A stretch of DNA of 64,000 bases from Candidatus Babeliales bacterium (GTDB lineage: Bacteria; Babelota; Babeliae; Babelales; JBFXEV01): the NCBI GenBank assembly GCA_050179755.1, contig JBFXEV010000001.1:1161994-1225993 (forward strand). The letters run 5' to 3'. Both the position numbers and the translations under genes were made by a program. The notes under the pieces were generated by a model. The model saw only the letters and a list, made by a program, of their open reading frames with translations. It searched no databases and was not told the DNA's origin. Every line of letters starts with the position of its first letter. Position 1 is the stretch's first letter. Positions 19,740-29,074 of this stretch are shown here, one piece after another.

Positions 19740-20867
19740 TTAATATTGCAATAATGCCAGTGGTGAGGGGCCTCTTTTTTGTAAACTGCGTCTTGTATAT
19801 TTTGTTTGACAGTAGGTATCACGCACACGTTTGGCAGCAAGCCTACCATACCAACCTACATATCCTTGCCCAGGAAGTTCTTTTCTGAGTCCTACTACCG
19901 TAGGAAAGTGCTCTGTATCAATAATAACTATTTTGCCGGTTTCTCGCTCAATTACAAAATTATTAATGTGTGCATCAATAAAGCTTTTTAAATATTTGCT
20001 AGTGGAAAGTGCAAGCTTGCGGTCTTCTGATGATGTTAAACTAAAAGTGCGTTCAATATCAATTGCATCAACAACTACCGCATAAATTCCAGGATATTCA
20101 GTGACTAAAGGAGCATTGCTTTGACCAATATTGTAGCCGGTTAAAGTAAAGAAGGTTCTTTTTTTTGGTGCCCAGAACCATTTGCGTGGGAATTCTATTA
20201 CGTCTTTCCATGTGGGATGTTCTTGAATTTGTTTTTGGACTAATTCTAAATTAGGAATACGAGTAAGGCCAGAAATGTGCCTGTTTGCACCACCGCCCAT
20301 TAAAAAAAAGCATGTGGGTTCAAAGCCTTTATCAAATGGGCGTACAAAGCTTTTTGGTGTTTCAAGAAATAGTTTTACAATGAATGGATAGTCATTAAAT
20401 TTGACTATTAAACAACCTGTTGCTGTTTTCCAAACAAAATCTCTTTTTTTTAGTATGGTAAAATGGGGAAGTTCTTTAAGTGCTTTTGCTGGTTGCTTGC
20501 GATCTGCAATTAATTGAGCAACCAGTTGTTCGATCAACTCACTCAGCACTGTGCCATCAATTGATTGTGTTGGGTCTTGGCGATACGGGATTGCGCCGTC
20601 TGGCAAAAGGTGTGTATCAAAGTATGATTGATCATACGTATGGAAAAGTGGATACTCTTCCAAATGATAATCCCGCAACTTATGTACTTTTTTTGATCCA
20701 TTCCAGCATACTTCTATCATTGGCATATGTGGATCGTCCGGGCGAAATACCGATCGACCTGCATAGCTTGTCAGCACATGCAGAATACAAATTACATATA
20801 AGAAAAAGTAAAAAAACAAGCCATCTGCCTTCACAGCTTCTAATGCCTTTTTGATTCGAGTACACAT
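19740..20867 (-). CDS. Hypothetical protein with atypical protein-kinase-like motifs and N-terminal TM segment
   Basis: FIVKLF, DAHINNF, IVIIDTE motifs. Confidence 0.6.
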   Translation of the reverse strand: MCTRIKKALEAVKADGLFFYFFLYVICILHVLTSYAGRSVFRPDDPHMPMIEVCWNGSKKVHKLRDYHLEEYPLFHTYDQSYFDTHLLPDGAIPYRQDPTQSIDGTVLSELIEQLVAQLIADRKQPAKALKELPHFTILKKRDFVWKTATGCLIVKFNDYPFIVKLFLETPKSFVRPFDKGFEPTCFFLMGGGANRHISGLTRIPNLELVQKQIQEHPTWKDVIEFPRKWFWAPKKRTFFTLTGYNIGQSNAPLVTEYPGIYAVVVDAIDIERTFSLTSSEDRKLALSTSKYLKSFIDAHINNFVIERETGKIVIIDTEHFPTVVGLRKELPGQGYVGWYGRLAAKRVRDTYCQTKYTRRSLQKRGPSPLALLQY

Positions 20868-21068
20868 TAATTAATTTTCATGAAAGTGCTTAATACAACT
20901 TTACTAGATTTTTAGAGAGAACGTAAGAGTTTGCACGAGAACTTTGAATATTGATTTTAAAGAGTTGAGTGTGCTAACGTGGTAGTTGGTACCAGTTGCA
21001 CAATGATTCTACTTGGGGTAAGGTAAAATTGAAGCAAAGTATGATTAACTTTAAAAAAAGGATAGACT

Positions 21069-21611
21069 ATGAGCAAGCCACAGAACCAAGAGCGGTTGCA
21101 TGAAATATTGCAGCATATGTGCCATCTGCCTCGTAAAATTATTTCACTTCATGAACATCACTTAAATAATGTCCCTGAATTTGTGTTGTATGAATTGTCC
21201 CACAAAAAAGGGTTTAATTTACAAAAAGCAGCTTATTTTGTTGATAACCCTGACTTTAATTGCATGAAGGGCGTTGCAGGATTTTGTAGCACGGAATGCA
21301 GTGGTTTAGAAGAAAAGGATGTATGGCAAAATCCTGAAGGATTTAGTAAATACATGCAGCAATCGCCATTTAATAATCGGGTACGATCAGTTTCTCATGA
21401 GAGTGCGCGTTGCAAAGGGCATTCTGAGCAAGAGCTTGTAGAAGATATTGCATCTCGTCTCAATCTCAAACATCCACACGCATTTTCATGGAATTTAAAA
21501 CATGGCAATCATGGGTTGCTGGTGGTAGAAAAAGTGGATGAGCAAGATCCATGGGACACGCAATATTTACATGATTGTGCGCATATTCTGAGCTTTTGCC
21601 CAATTAACTAA
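21069..21611 (+). CDS. Hypothetical cytoplasmic protein, possibly GAF-like
   Basis: 180-aa ORF with RBS; no recognised motif. Confidence 0.7.
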   Translation: MSKPQNQERLHEILQHMCHLPRKIISLHEHHLNNVPEFVLYELSHKKGFNLQKAAYFVDNPDFNCMKGVAGFCSTECSGLEEKDVWQNPEGFSKYMQQSPFNNRVRSVSHESARCKGHSEQELVEDIASRLNLKHPHAFSWNLKHGNHGLLVVEKVDEQDPWDTQYLHDCAHILSFCPIN

Positions 21612-21715
21612 TCGAATTTTTATTTAGTAGTTGAAATATTGCAATAGCCTTTCTCTTTTGGGTATTCTTAATAGCGTATATGTGTGTGCTCATAAGAATT
21701 AAAAGGAGAGGCAAC

Positions 21716-21928
21716 ATGCGATTACGAATATTTGTCTTAATTGGTATATGTATAATTTTAGATGTGCTTGTAGTGCGCCAAGTGCGTCAATATGATGATC
21801 AAAAGATATTGACAACTTTTGATACTTCAAAGCAAGAGAAAACAGCCATAGCTTCAACGCAAGATGAAATCGAGTCCGGGCAAGAGCCCATCACTCAAGA
21901 AGGCAAGGCAAGCGCCACCGCCTGTTGA
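21716..21928 (+). CDS. Small single-TM protein overlapping the 3' end of pgk
   Basis: Strong RBS AGGAGAGG before ATG 21716; hydrophobic N-terminus. Confidence 0.5.
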   Translation: MRLRIFVLIGICIILDVLVVRQVRQYDDQKILTTFDTSKQEKTAIASTQDEIESGQEPITQEGKASATAC

Positions 21929-23029
21929 AAGTTGATTGATAGTATTTGCAATATCACATGTCATTGCAGTTTCCACAGAATCACCGCCAGCTATCATGGT
22001 ATAGGCAGGTGATTTTGCCATTGCAGCAAGCAATGCGCATGACGCTTCTCGTGTTTCCTTTCTTTCTTTAAAACCCATTGGTCCATTAAAAAAAACAGTT
22101 CCTGCAGTCTGTATAATTTCCGTAAACTGTGTAGTTGTCCGTGGCCCAATTGCGATACCAACCAGGTTTTTTTGAAAATCAGTGGCATTAATGATACTCA
22201 ATGGACCATTGAAACTATCTTGTGCAACCAAATAATCGGAAGGGAATATAAGTTTACGAGCATCGTCAGATTGGAGTATGTTTTTTGCAGTACTTAGCAC
22301 GTCATCTGCAACACAAGAGGCTCCAATCTTTTTTCCTTGTGCTTTCATAAAGGTAAAAACAAGTGCTGGGCATAAAAGAATGTTATCAGCAAGACGTAAA
22401 AGATATTCTATATAGGGCAATTTATCTTTCACTTTGCCGCCACCAAGAATAAGTATAAACGGCCTTTCAGGATTGTCTTTTAAGCGCATAAGCGCAGTTA
22501 GTTCTTGAGCGCAATGTAAACCAATAGTGCGCGAGTTCGGTGGAAATTCTTTTGGTAAAAGCACCATGGACGTGTCATTGCGATGAGACGTTCCAAATGC
22601 TTCATTAATATAGAAATCGCCTAGATTGGCAAGCTGTTTGGCAAATGTTTGGCTTTGTTTTTGTTCCTCAGGATAAAAACGAAGGTTTTCAAGCAAAATT
22701 ATATCTGATGCTGCGTTAGTAATTATGCCGTTTGCGGTATTAATATTTGGCGCAAAGGTTACGCTAAATCCATGTTTTTGGAACCACGAAATTAAAATGC
22801 GTGTTGAAAGTTCTGGTTCTTGATGTGTTGGTCTATCAATATGGGTAAGAAGAATAATTTTGCCATTCTTTTGTTTGATGAGATTAAGAGTGGGCAATGC
22901 GCCACGCAAACGAGTGTCATCAAGTATAGAGCCATTTTTGAGTGGTACGTCGCCGTCGATACGAACGAGGACTTTTTTGTTTTCTAGACTCCAGCTTGGT
23001 AAGTGGGAGGTGATATTTGTTAGCTTCAT
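21854..23029 (-). CDS. pgk: Phosphoglycerate kinase
   Basis: LLENLRF, NEAFGTSHR, ILGGGKVKDK, NGPMG, GGDS, STGGGA. Confidence 0.95.
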   Translation of the reverse strand: MKLTNITSHLPSWSLENKKVLVRIDGDVPLKNGSILDDTRLRGALPTLNLIKQKNGKIILLTHIDRPTHQEPELSTRILISWFQKHGFSVTFAPNINTANGIITNAASDIILLENLRFYPEEQKQSQTFAKQLANLGDFYINEAFGTSHRNDTSMVLLPKEFPPNSRTIGLHCAQELTALMRLKDNPERPFILILGGGKVKDKLPYIEYLLRLADNILLCPALVFTFMKAQGKKIGASCVADDVLSTAKNILQSDDARKLIFPSDYLVAQDSFNGPLSIINATDFQKNLVGIAIGPRTTTQFTEIIQTAGTVFFNGPMGFKERKETREASCALLAAMAKSPAYTMIAGGDSVETAMTCDIANTINQLSTGGGACLAFLSDGLLPGLDFILR

Positions 23030-23052
23030 ACAATTCCTTTGGATTTGTTAAT

Positions 23053-24288
23053 TTATGCTTGGCTTTTAAGCAATCTTGCAATAGAAATCTTGTGTAGTGC
23101 CCTACAGGGAATCCATGTAGAAACTAATGCAACGCATATCACAAAGAAAAAAATACCAATAAAGATAGGCCATTCAAGTGCAACCGGTAGATGAGAAATC
23201 ATATAGGTATCTGGTAACGGAATTAATTGATATTTTTCAAGTACCCATGCAGCAATGGCAGCAAGTGAAAGTCCTGCCAAGGAACTAAAGGCTGCAATAA
23301 TAAGTCCCATCCACATGAATATGCATGTAATTGTATTTGAGGGTACACCTAATGCGTGCAATAAGGCAATGTCGCTGCGTTTATGTTGAATTTGCATATA
23401 AAGCAAAGAAAGAATAGTCATGCTTGCAATGAGAATAATCAAGCTTACTATTAAAAACATGGCATATTTTTCAAGTTCTAAAGCACTAATGAGTGCCGGA
23501 TAGAGTGATTGCCATGAATATACATCAAGGCCAAAGCGTTGCTGTAATTGTGTAATAAGCTTATCTTGATTTGCTAGTGTAGTGGGCTTGATTGCAAGTT
23601 GCGTAACTTCTGCATTACTAAATAATTTTTGTAATAACGACAGCGGGCAATAAATTGTGCCAGCGTCCATTTCTTCAAGACCTGTTTTAAATATACCACT
23701 TATGATAATTGGCGTAGTTGATAAATAAAGTTTAGATCGTGATGTAGTTGTATCAGATGAATAGACTAATTCAACTGTATCGCCAACATGTAATGCAAAT
23801 TGCTTTGCAAGCCGCTCACCAATAAGTACTTGATTTTTTACAAGCAAGTCAGTGAGAGTGGCATGTGGAAAGAGCGTGCGTTTAATATAAGACGCTAGCT
23901 TAGTGGTTTGGATTTCATGATCAGGCAAAATGCCTTGTAATAAAACAGGTGCTGAAAGTTCACCTGTAAGTGGATCCTTAATAATACCGTGCTCGGTAAT
24001 GCGTGGACTAAAGCCTATAATTTCAGGAAATTCTGTTTTTAAGATTGGGGCAATTGCTTGAAAATCGAGAGGATCTTGGCCTGACGACATAATAATTGGA
24101 GCATGAACACCTTGGAGTAATTGATGGCCAGATTTTTCAAATCCGCGCATAATACACATGGTGAGTGCGAGAGCTCCAGAGGCAATGGCAAGCGCAATGC
24201 AGGAAACATATACCATGGTGCCTATTGCTTGTGCGTGACGTGCGCCACGCATATAGCGCCATGCAAGAAAAAGTGAAAATGATTTCAT
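23053..24288 (-). CDS. LolC/LolE-family lipoprotein-releasing ABC transporter permease
   Basis: LAWRYM, IMRGFE, SW.SLYPALISALELEK, KRSDIALLHALG; four TM segments; ATG 24288 preferred. Confidence 0.88.
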   Translation of the reverse strand: MKSFSLFLAWRYMRGARHAQAIGTMVYVSCIALAIASGALALTMCIMRGFEKSGHQLLQGVHAPIIMSSGQDPLDFQAIAPILKTEFPEIIGFSPRITEHGIIKDPLTGELSAPVLLQGILPDHEIQTTKLASYIKRTLFPHATLTDLLVKNQVLIGERLAKQFALHVGDTVELVYSSDTTTSRSKLYLSTTPIIISGIFKTGLEEMDAGTIYCPLSLLQKLFSNAEVTQLAIKPTTLANQDKLITQLQQRFGLDVYSWQSLYPALISALELEKYAMFLIVSLIILIASMTILSLLYMQIQHKRSDIALLHALGVPSNTITCIFMWMGLIIAAFSSLAGLSLAAIAAWVLEKYQLIPLPDTYMISHLPVALEWPIFIGIFFFVICVALVSTWIPCRALHKISIARLLKSQA

Positions 24289-24508
24289 GTATATACCTAA
24301 TAAATGGGCTTGCCCATCATTTTTGATTCTTAACTCCAAGTTTTATATTAATTATAACATGCAATTAACTAATGTTTACGAATTGGTTTTGAAAAATGAT
24401 GAGTCTGATAATTTAATTATTATGTAATTTATTACGCCGCTTGTAAAATGTATAACTTTTAATTACTCTAAACACAGAACTTTAATGTAATTAACAAAAG
24501 GTTTTGCT

Positions 24509-25213
24509 ATGGAGCAATCAAACTTAGTATATCGTGTTTGGGCCGTGTTGTCCTTATGCGTTCTACTTTCAGGATGCCGCTATAAAACATGGGGCGAATC
24601 GGTATTTAATCAAGGTTGCAAACTTGATTGCTTTCAACAGGCAACCTGTGAATATTTGCGAACCGTGCATATTTATGATCAATTTACTACGCTCGGCAAT
24701 TTTGAAGTATTATGGCTTTCTAATGAAGTGCGTACTGTCTACAGCAAGTTATATGCGCAACAGCATTGCCTTAATGGAGAGCGTTATAAAGTATTTTTGC
24801 GCAGGCAATTAGAAGAAAATAATCACTATATTACTTTTTATGTGCTTGCTTCTATCCCACATTCACGAGGGACTATGCTTAGTGATGAAAACTCTGAATG
24901 GGCAATTTGTTTGGAGGTTGATGGTGTTTCTTATTCGCCAACATGCATTAAGACAATTGAATTAAAGCCTGAGTATAAACATTTATTTAGTAGAGCTTAT
25001 ACACATTTTAAAACGCCATATATTGTTACCTTTGAGGCGCGAAATATTGAAGGCAAGCCGTTACTATACGCTGTAGGGCAAACTTTGCGCCTGCATTTTA
25101 ATACGATTTGTAGAACTGATTTTGCTGAATGGCAAATACTTTCAGATGGTTCAGTATGTATCTCAATGGATGATGTTCCAGACTTCTTGATGTATGATTT
25201 ATGGAAATATTAG
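24509..25213 (+). CDS. Hypothetical lipoprotein
   Basis: Lipobox LSGC. Confidence 0.7.
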   Translation: MEQSNLVYRVWAVLSLCVLLSGCRYKTWGESVFNQGCKLDCFQQATCEYLRTVHIYDQFTTLGNFEVLWLSNEVRTVYSKLYAQQHCLNGERYKVFLRRQLEENNHYITFYVLASIPHSRGTMLSDENSEWAICLEVDGVSYSPTCIKTIELKPEYKHLFSRAYTHFKTPYIVTFEARNIEGKPLLYAVGQTLRLHFNTICRTDFAEWQILSDGSVCISMDDVPDFLMYDLWKY

Positions 25214-25215
25214 AT

Positions 25216-25665
25216 ATGCAAACAATTACTATAGCAATAGCTACCGATCATCGTGGATTTTCTCTTAAGGAATCATTAAAGGAAGTTGGTGGCTTGGGTG
25301 GTTATTCAGTAAGTTGGATCGATGTTGGAGCGTTTTCTGAAGAACGCTCTGATTATCCCGAGTTTGCAATTAAAGCTGTAGAAGCAATGAAATTTGGTGA
25401 TGCCGATTGTGCTGTGCTTATTTGTGGCACGGGCGTCGGTATGGCAATTGCTGCCAATCGATATCATGGTATTTATGCAGCGCTCGCGTGGGATCTCACA
25501 ACGGCACGTCTTGCCAAAGAAGATGATCATGCAAACGTATTAGTACTGCCTTCCGATTATATTAGCCATGAGCTGGCCCAAGATATGGTGACTGCATGGT
25601 TGCTTGCTGAATTTAAGAAAGGCAGATATGCTGAACGCATTAAAATGATTGATGCGATTAGATAA
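25216..25665 (+). CDS. rpiB: Ribose-5-phosphate isomerase B
   Basis: IATDHRG, DYP, ICGTGVGMAIAANR, ANVLVL, GRYAERI. Confidence 0.93.
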   Translation: MQTITIAIATDHRGFSLKESLKEVGGLGGYSVSWIDVGAFSEERSDYPEFAIKAVEAMKFGDADCAVLICGTGVGMAIAANRYHGIYAALAWDLTTARLAKEDDHANVLVLPSDYISHELAQDMVTAWLLAEFKKGRYAERIKMIDAIR

Positions 25666-25682
25666 ACCTACTTCAAAAAATT

Positions 25683-25721
25683 AACCCGCTTGTAGATTAT
25701 TAAAATTACAAGCGGGTTTTT
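25683..25721. terminator. Hairpin terminator
   Basis: AACCCGCTTGTA...TACAAGCGGGTTTTT. Confidence 0.75.
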
Positions 25722-25739
25722 AAGTTCTTAATAATTATT

Positions 25740-28340
25740 TTAAGCTGCTAGAGGTTCTACTGGAATTACTGTGTTTGTAGCTGACGCTTTACCCGCCACC
25801 AGCTCTTTAATCTCGCTTCCAGTAACAATTTGTTTCTTAATTAGCATTTCAGTAAGTTCTGTAAGTTTGTCTTTATGTTCTGTGAGTAATGCGCGTACTT
25901 CTGCTTCACATCGTTTAACTAAGTTGTGTTCTTCTAGTTTAAGCTCATTAATAACCGTTTTAGGCAATGCCATTTCAGTAACGCCAGCAAATACTACTTT
26001 ATTCGCCAATATGTATGCTTTATTTTTTGCGTTTGTGCGATAGTTTGCGCTTTGCGTGCCGCAAACAATTTCTTCTGCTATGTGGCCCGCCAGCTTTAAT
26101 TTTATAGCATCGAGCAACTCTTTGTGTGTTTCAAGTGCTAATGCGTCTTGCGAATGATATGTAAAGACTTTGCCATATTTAGTCCAGTCTTTTGGTTTTT
26201 GTTTACGCTCGCTAAGTGTTGCATTGCTAAATATTGAACCTTCATGAAATTTCTTGCGTATGCCCAAAATTGTAGCTTGCGCAATATTCAATTTATTGTT
26301 GCCATAAGATATAGTTAATGCTTGCCCTGCCTGATATGCGGCAAAGTGCGTTACTTCTTCTTTGCTGCATGGCAATTGCGTGGGTAAATGCGTGTATATC
26401 ATCCTATGAATCTGTTGGTTAAACGCTTGTTGTAACGTTTCCTCAGTTACCGGCTGATGTGCTTTAAACGATTCTTGTTTTGCAAGTGTTATAGTTCGTT
26501 TAAGTTCTTCAATAGTTTTACCTTCACTTTCTTGGGCAATTTTATCAATAAATTCTTCAGAAGCTAAAATGAACTGTTTATTTAGTTCTTTTATCAAGAA
26601 GTTTTTGCGATCAGCAAGTGTGGGTAAGCTTACTTCTATAATATGGTCCATTCTATTAATTAATGCAAAGTCATTATGTTCAATGTGGTTACAAATAAAG
26701 ATAAAGAATACTTGGTTGCCTACTTCATCATTTAATTGTGCATTACCCATAGCATTGAGGATTTCTGCTAGAAGTTTGCTGTTACGTTCACGCTGTGCCC
26801 CTGAGAGGTCAAACTCATCAATGCAAATGATGCATGGTTTTATAGTATTTGCATAATTGATAATAGTTTCAATGCCATAAAGCATGAGCATTTCCGCAGT
26901 AATAGGCATATAAGTAAACTTTTGAGTGCTTCCTTTAGCTTTTAAAGTAGCTTTAATTTCCCCAGCAACAGCCTCACCAAGCATGCTTTTGCCAGTTCGT
27001 GAATTGCCGTGAAGCATCCAGAATCTGCCAGGCGATTTGCCAGTGCGGTCCATTTTTTCAGGATCTGCAAAATAGGCGGGCAAAATGCTCATTTCTTGTT
27101 TAATATGTTCATGCCCCTCTACATCCGCAAGAACAAATCGCGGTTCCCGAGCATATTCGTCGACTGCTTTAAATTCATCTTTACCTTGCAAATATGCAAC
27201 AGTTCTTTGCCACGTATTGTAGGCATTTTTTTGAATTTCAGTTACCTTTTCTTGGAATAGAAAGCACATGCCACCAAGTGTAAAAAGTGGTTGCGTTACT
27301 GAGTTAAAGATATGTAACTCTTCTAGTTTTTCCACAGTTTTACCAAATAGGGTTATATTGTCGGCATTTGCAACTGGATAAATAAACTTATTGTTAGCTT
27401 TTAATTCTGACGTATTACCGTTAGGTAACAGAAAAGTTTGTTCTCCTGGAATGTTTCGCTTAAACCAAGATACTCCAGTGTAGCGACAGAACTTTTGAAA
27501 TAGATTTTCATCTTTAGGTATAATTAAATTACCTTTATCATCTAACGGATAAGCTCCAAAGCTGTCATTTGAAAAGCGATACATATAATAGGTAGCAATG
27601 GCTGCTGCAACGAGTGATAATTTTGCGGTTTTTAGGCTAACAAGATTGGAGCATTTTTTGAATGCTTTGTTAAACCAACTTGCACCCATGTCATTGGTTT
27701 GTTTATGAATAGCTTCCAGTCGTTTTGCGTTACGAGTAACATGCTCTTGAAGTAATTTTGGTTCAAGATCGCTAGAAGAAATGCTACGGGTAGTGATAGA
27801 ATCTGTAGAGATGGCAGGAATCGAAGTAAGTTTACTTGCTACCGCCCCATCAACACAGCGCAATAATTCGTCAATAATTAGTATGGCTCTAAAAAGTATT
27901 TCTGGGTTATCAAGTAAACCCGTAGAAAGAGCCATGCCCTTGAGTTGTTCAACCTCTGTTTGTAAGTTAACAATTTGAGCTTCTATTTCTTGTTTATTTA
28001 GGATATTTAATTTTTTATTTACTTCTACTTGTTGGCCTAAATCTTGGAGTAAAAAGCTTATCTGCCCTATTTGATCAATAACTGTTAGTTTGGTATTTTC
28101 ATACAGCGGCATGGTTTCATTAACGTATGCTTCGTATGCTTCTAGTTTTTTGCGAACTTCCGCTTGCGTTTCAGGCGAGGATTTATCATAGAGTTCTTGA
28201 AACTTTATAGGATCAATTTCACCATTTTCAAAGAGTGCAGCAAATTCGGGGGGCAAATCAAAATCGTGCAAGTCTTGAGCTTTAAGCGAGACACTAAAGA
28301 GCGAGAGAGTGATTAAGCAGTAAAGTATAAATTGTTTCAT
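25740..28340 (-). CDS. FtsH-like AAA+ ATPase with a degenerate M41 protease domain
   Basis: Signal peptide, TM segments, Walker A GNSRTGKS, Walker B ICIDEFD, LAGHIAEE; HExxH replaced by YQAGQ; ATG 28340 preferred. Confidence 0.85.
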   Translation of the reverse strand: MKQFILYCLITLSLFSVSLKAQDLHDFDLPPEFAALFENGEIDPIKFQELYDKSSPETQAEVRKKLEAYEAYVNETMPLYENTKLTVIDQIGQISFLLQDLGQQVEVNKKLNILNKQEIEAQIVNLQTEVEQLKGMALSTGLLDNPEILFRAILIIDELLRCVDGAVASKLTSIPAISTDSITTRSISSSDLEPKLLQEHVTRNAKRLEAIHKQTNDMGASWFNKAFKKCSNLVSLKTAKLSLVAAAIATYYMYRFSNDSFGAYPLDDKGNLIIPKDENLFQKFCRYTGVSWFKRNIPGEQTFLLPNGNTSELKANNKFIYPVANADNITLFGKTVEKLEELHIFNSVTQPLFTLGGMCFLFQEKVTEIQKNAYNTWQRTVAYLQGKDEFKAVDEYAREPRFVLADVEGHEHIKQEMSILPAYFADPEKMDRTGKSPGRFWMLHGNSRTGKSMLGEAVAGEIKATLKAKGSTQKFTYMPITAEMLMLYGIETIINYANTIKPCIICIDEFDLSGAQRERNSKLLAEILNAMGNAQLNDEVGNQVFFIFICNHIEHNDFALINRMDHIIEVSLPTLADRKNFLIKELNKQFILASEEFIDKIAQESEGKTIEELKRTITLAKQESFKAHQPVTEETLQQAFNQQIHRMIYTHLPTQLPCSKEEVTHFAAYQAGQALTISYGNNKLNIAQATILGIRKKFHEGSIFSNATLSERKQKPKDWTKYGKVFTYHSQDALALETHKELLDAIKLKLAGHIAEEIVCGTQSANYRTNAKNKAYILANKVVFAGVTEMALPKTVINELKLEEHNLVKRCEAEVRALLTEHKDKLTELTEMLIKKQIVTGSEIKELVAGKASATNTVIPVEPLAA

Positions 28341-28479
28341 AGGATGCAGCCCTGCAAAGGTGTAATTACAAAAAGAAATTAATTTTACCAAGTTAAACCT
28401 CCATGGTAGTTTTTGAAAATGAGTTATAAAATATATTCTGAGAGTACCGTTGATACGCTATTTTGTCAATTAAAGCCGC

Positions 28480-28508
28480 AAAAAACCCGGGGTACTAAGG
28501 CCCCGGGT
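28480..28508 (-). terminator. Rho-independent terminator
   Basis: CCCGGGG...CCCCGGG stem with T-run on the minus strand. Confidence 0.7.
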
Positions 28509-28535
28509 GCTTATGTCGTGTAGAAAGTTCTATTA

Positions 28536-28916
28536 TTAGTTATTAAGAATGCTGCGAAGTGGTTCTGGAAGTTGATTTGCAATAGGTGCGCCTACTGAAA
28601 CCCAGACGTATTCACCAACATTTTCAAAGTATTCTTTTACTGATTTTAGAAAGATGCTAGCGACCAATGCATCTGCAACAAGACGAGTTGCTTGACCATT
28701 GCTCGAGTCAAGTGCGTTTAAGCGAGTTTCGAAAGTTGGAGAAACTTTAGCGAAATACTGTTGGAGAGCAAAGAATTTTACCGCAGTCCATGCAGTACCA
28801 GATAGCATCTGGCTCTCTGTAAGTGGTTCTTCTGGGTTGCGCTTTGCAAAGCCAGTTGTTGATGATAAGCCTAGTGCCAACAATGCGGCTAATGCTACTG
28901 AACGTTTAAAAGTCAT
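28536..28916 (-). CDS. Small secreted hypothetical protein
   Basis: Signal peptide ending TGFA; RBS AAGGGG. Confidence 0.7.
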   Translation of the reverse strand: MTFKRSVALAALLALGLSSTTGFAKRNPEEPLTESQMLSGTAWTAVKFFALQQYFAKVSPTFETRLNALDSSNGQATRLVADALVASIFLKSVKEYFENVGEYVWVSVGAPIANQLPEPLRSILNN

Positions 28917-29074
28917 AAGTGACCCCTTTTTGATGGTTTATTTATACCAGCTACACAACATGCCCCAATCATACCTCGGGGAGTTTGGGTTTGTCAATAG
29001 CAAATTGCCGTGGTACGTTAAGTACTGGAAAGTTTGTAATGTCAAAATAGCCTCAAACTAAAGGAAAATTGATT

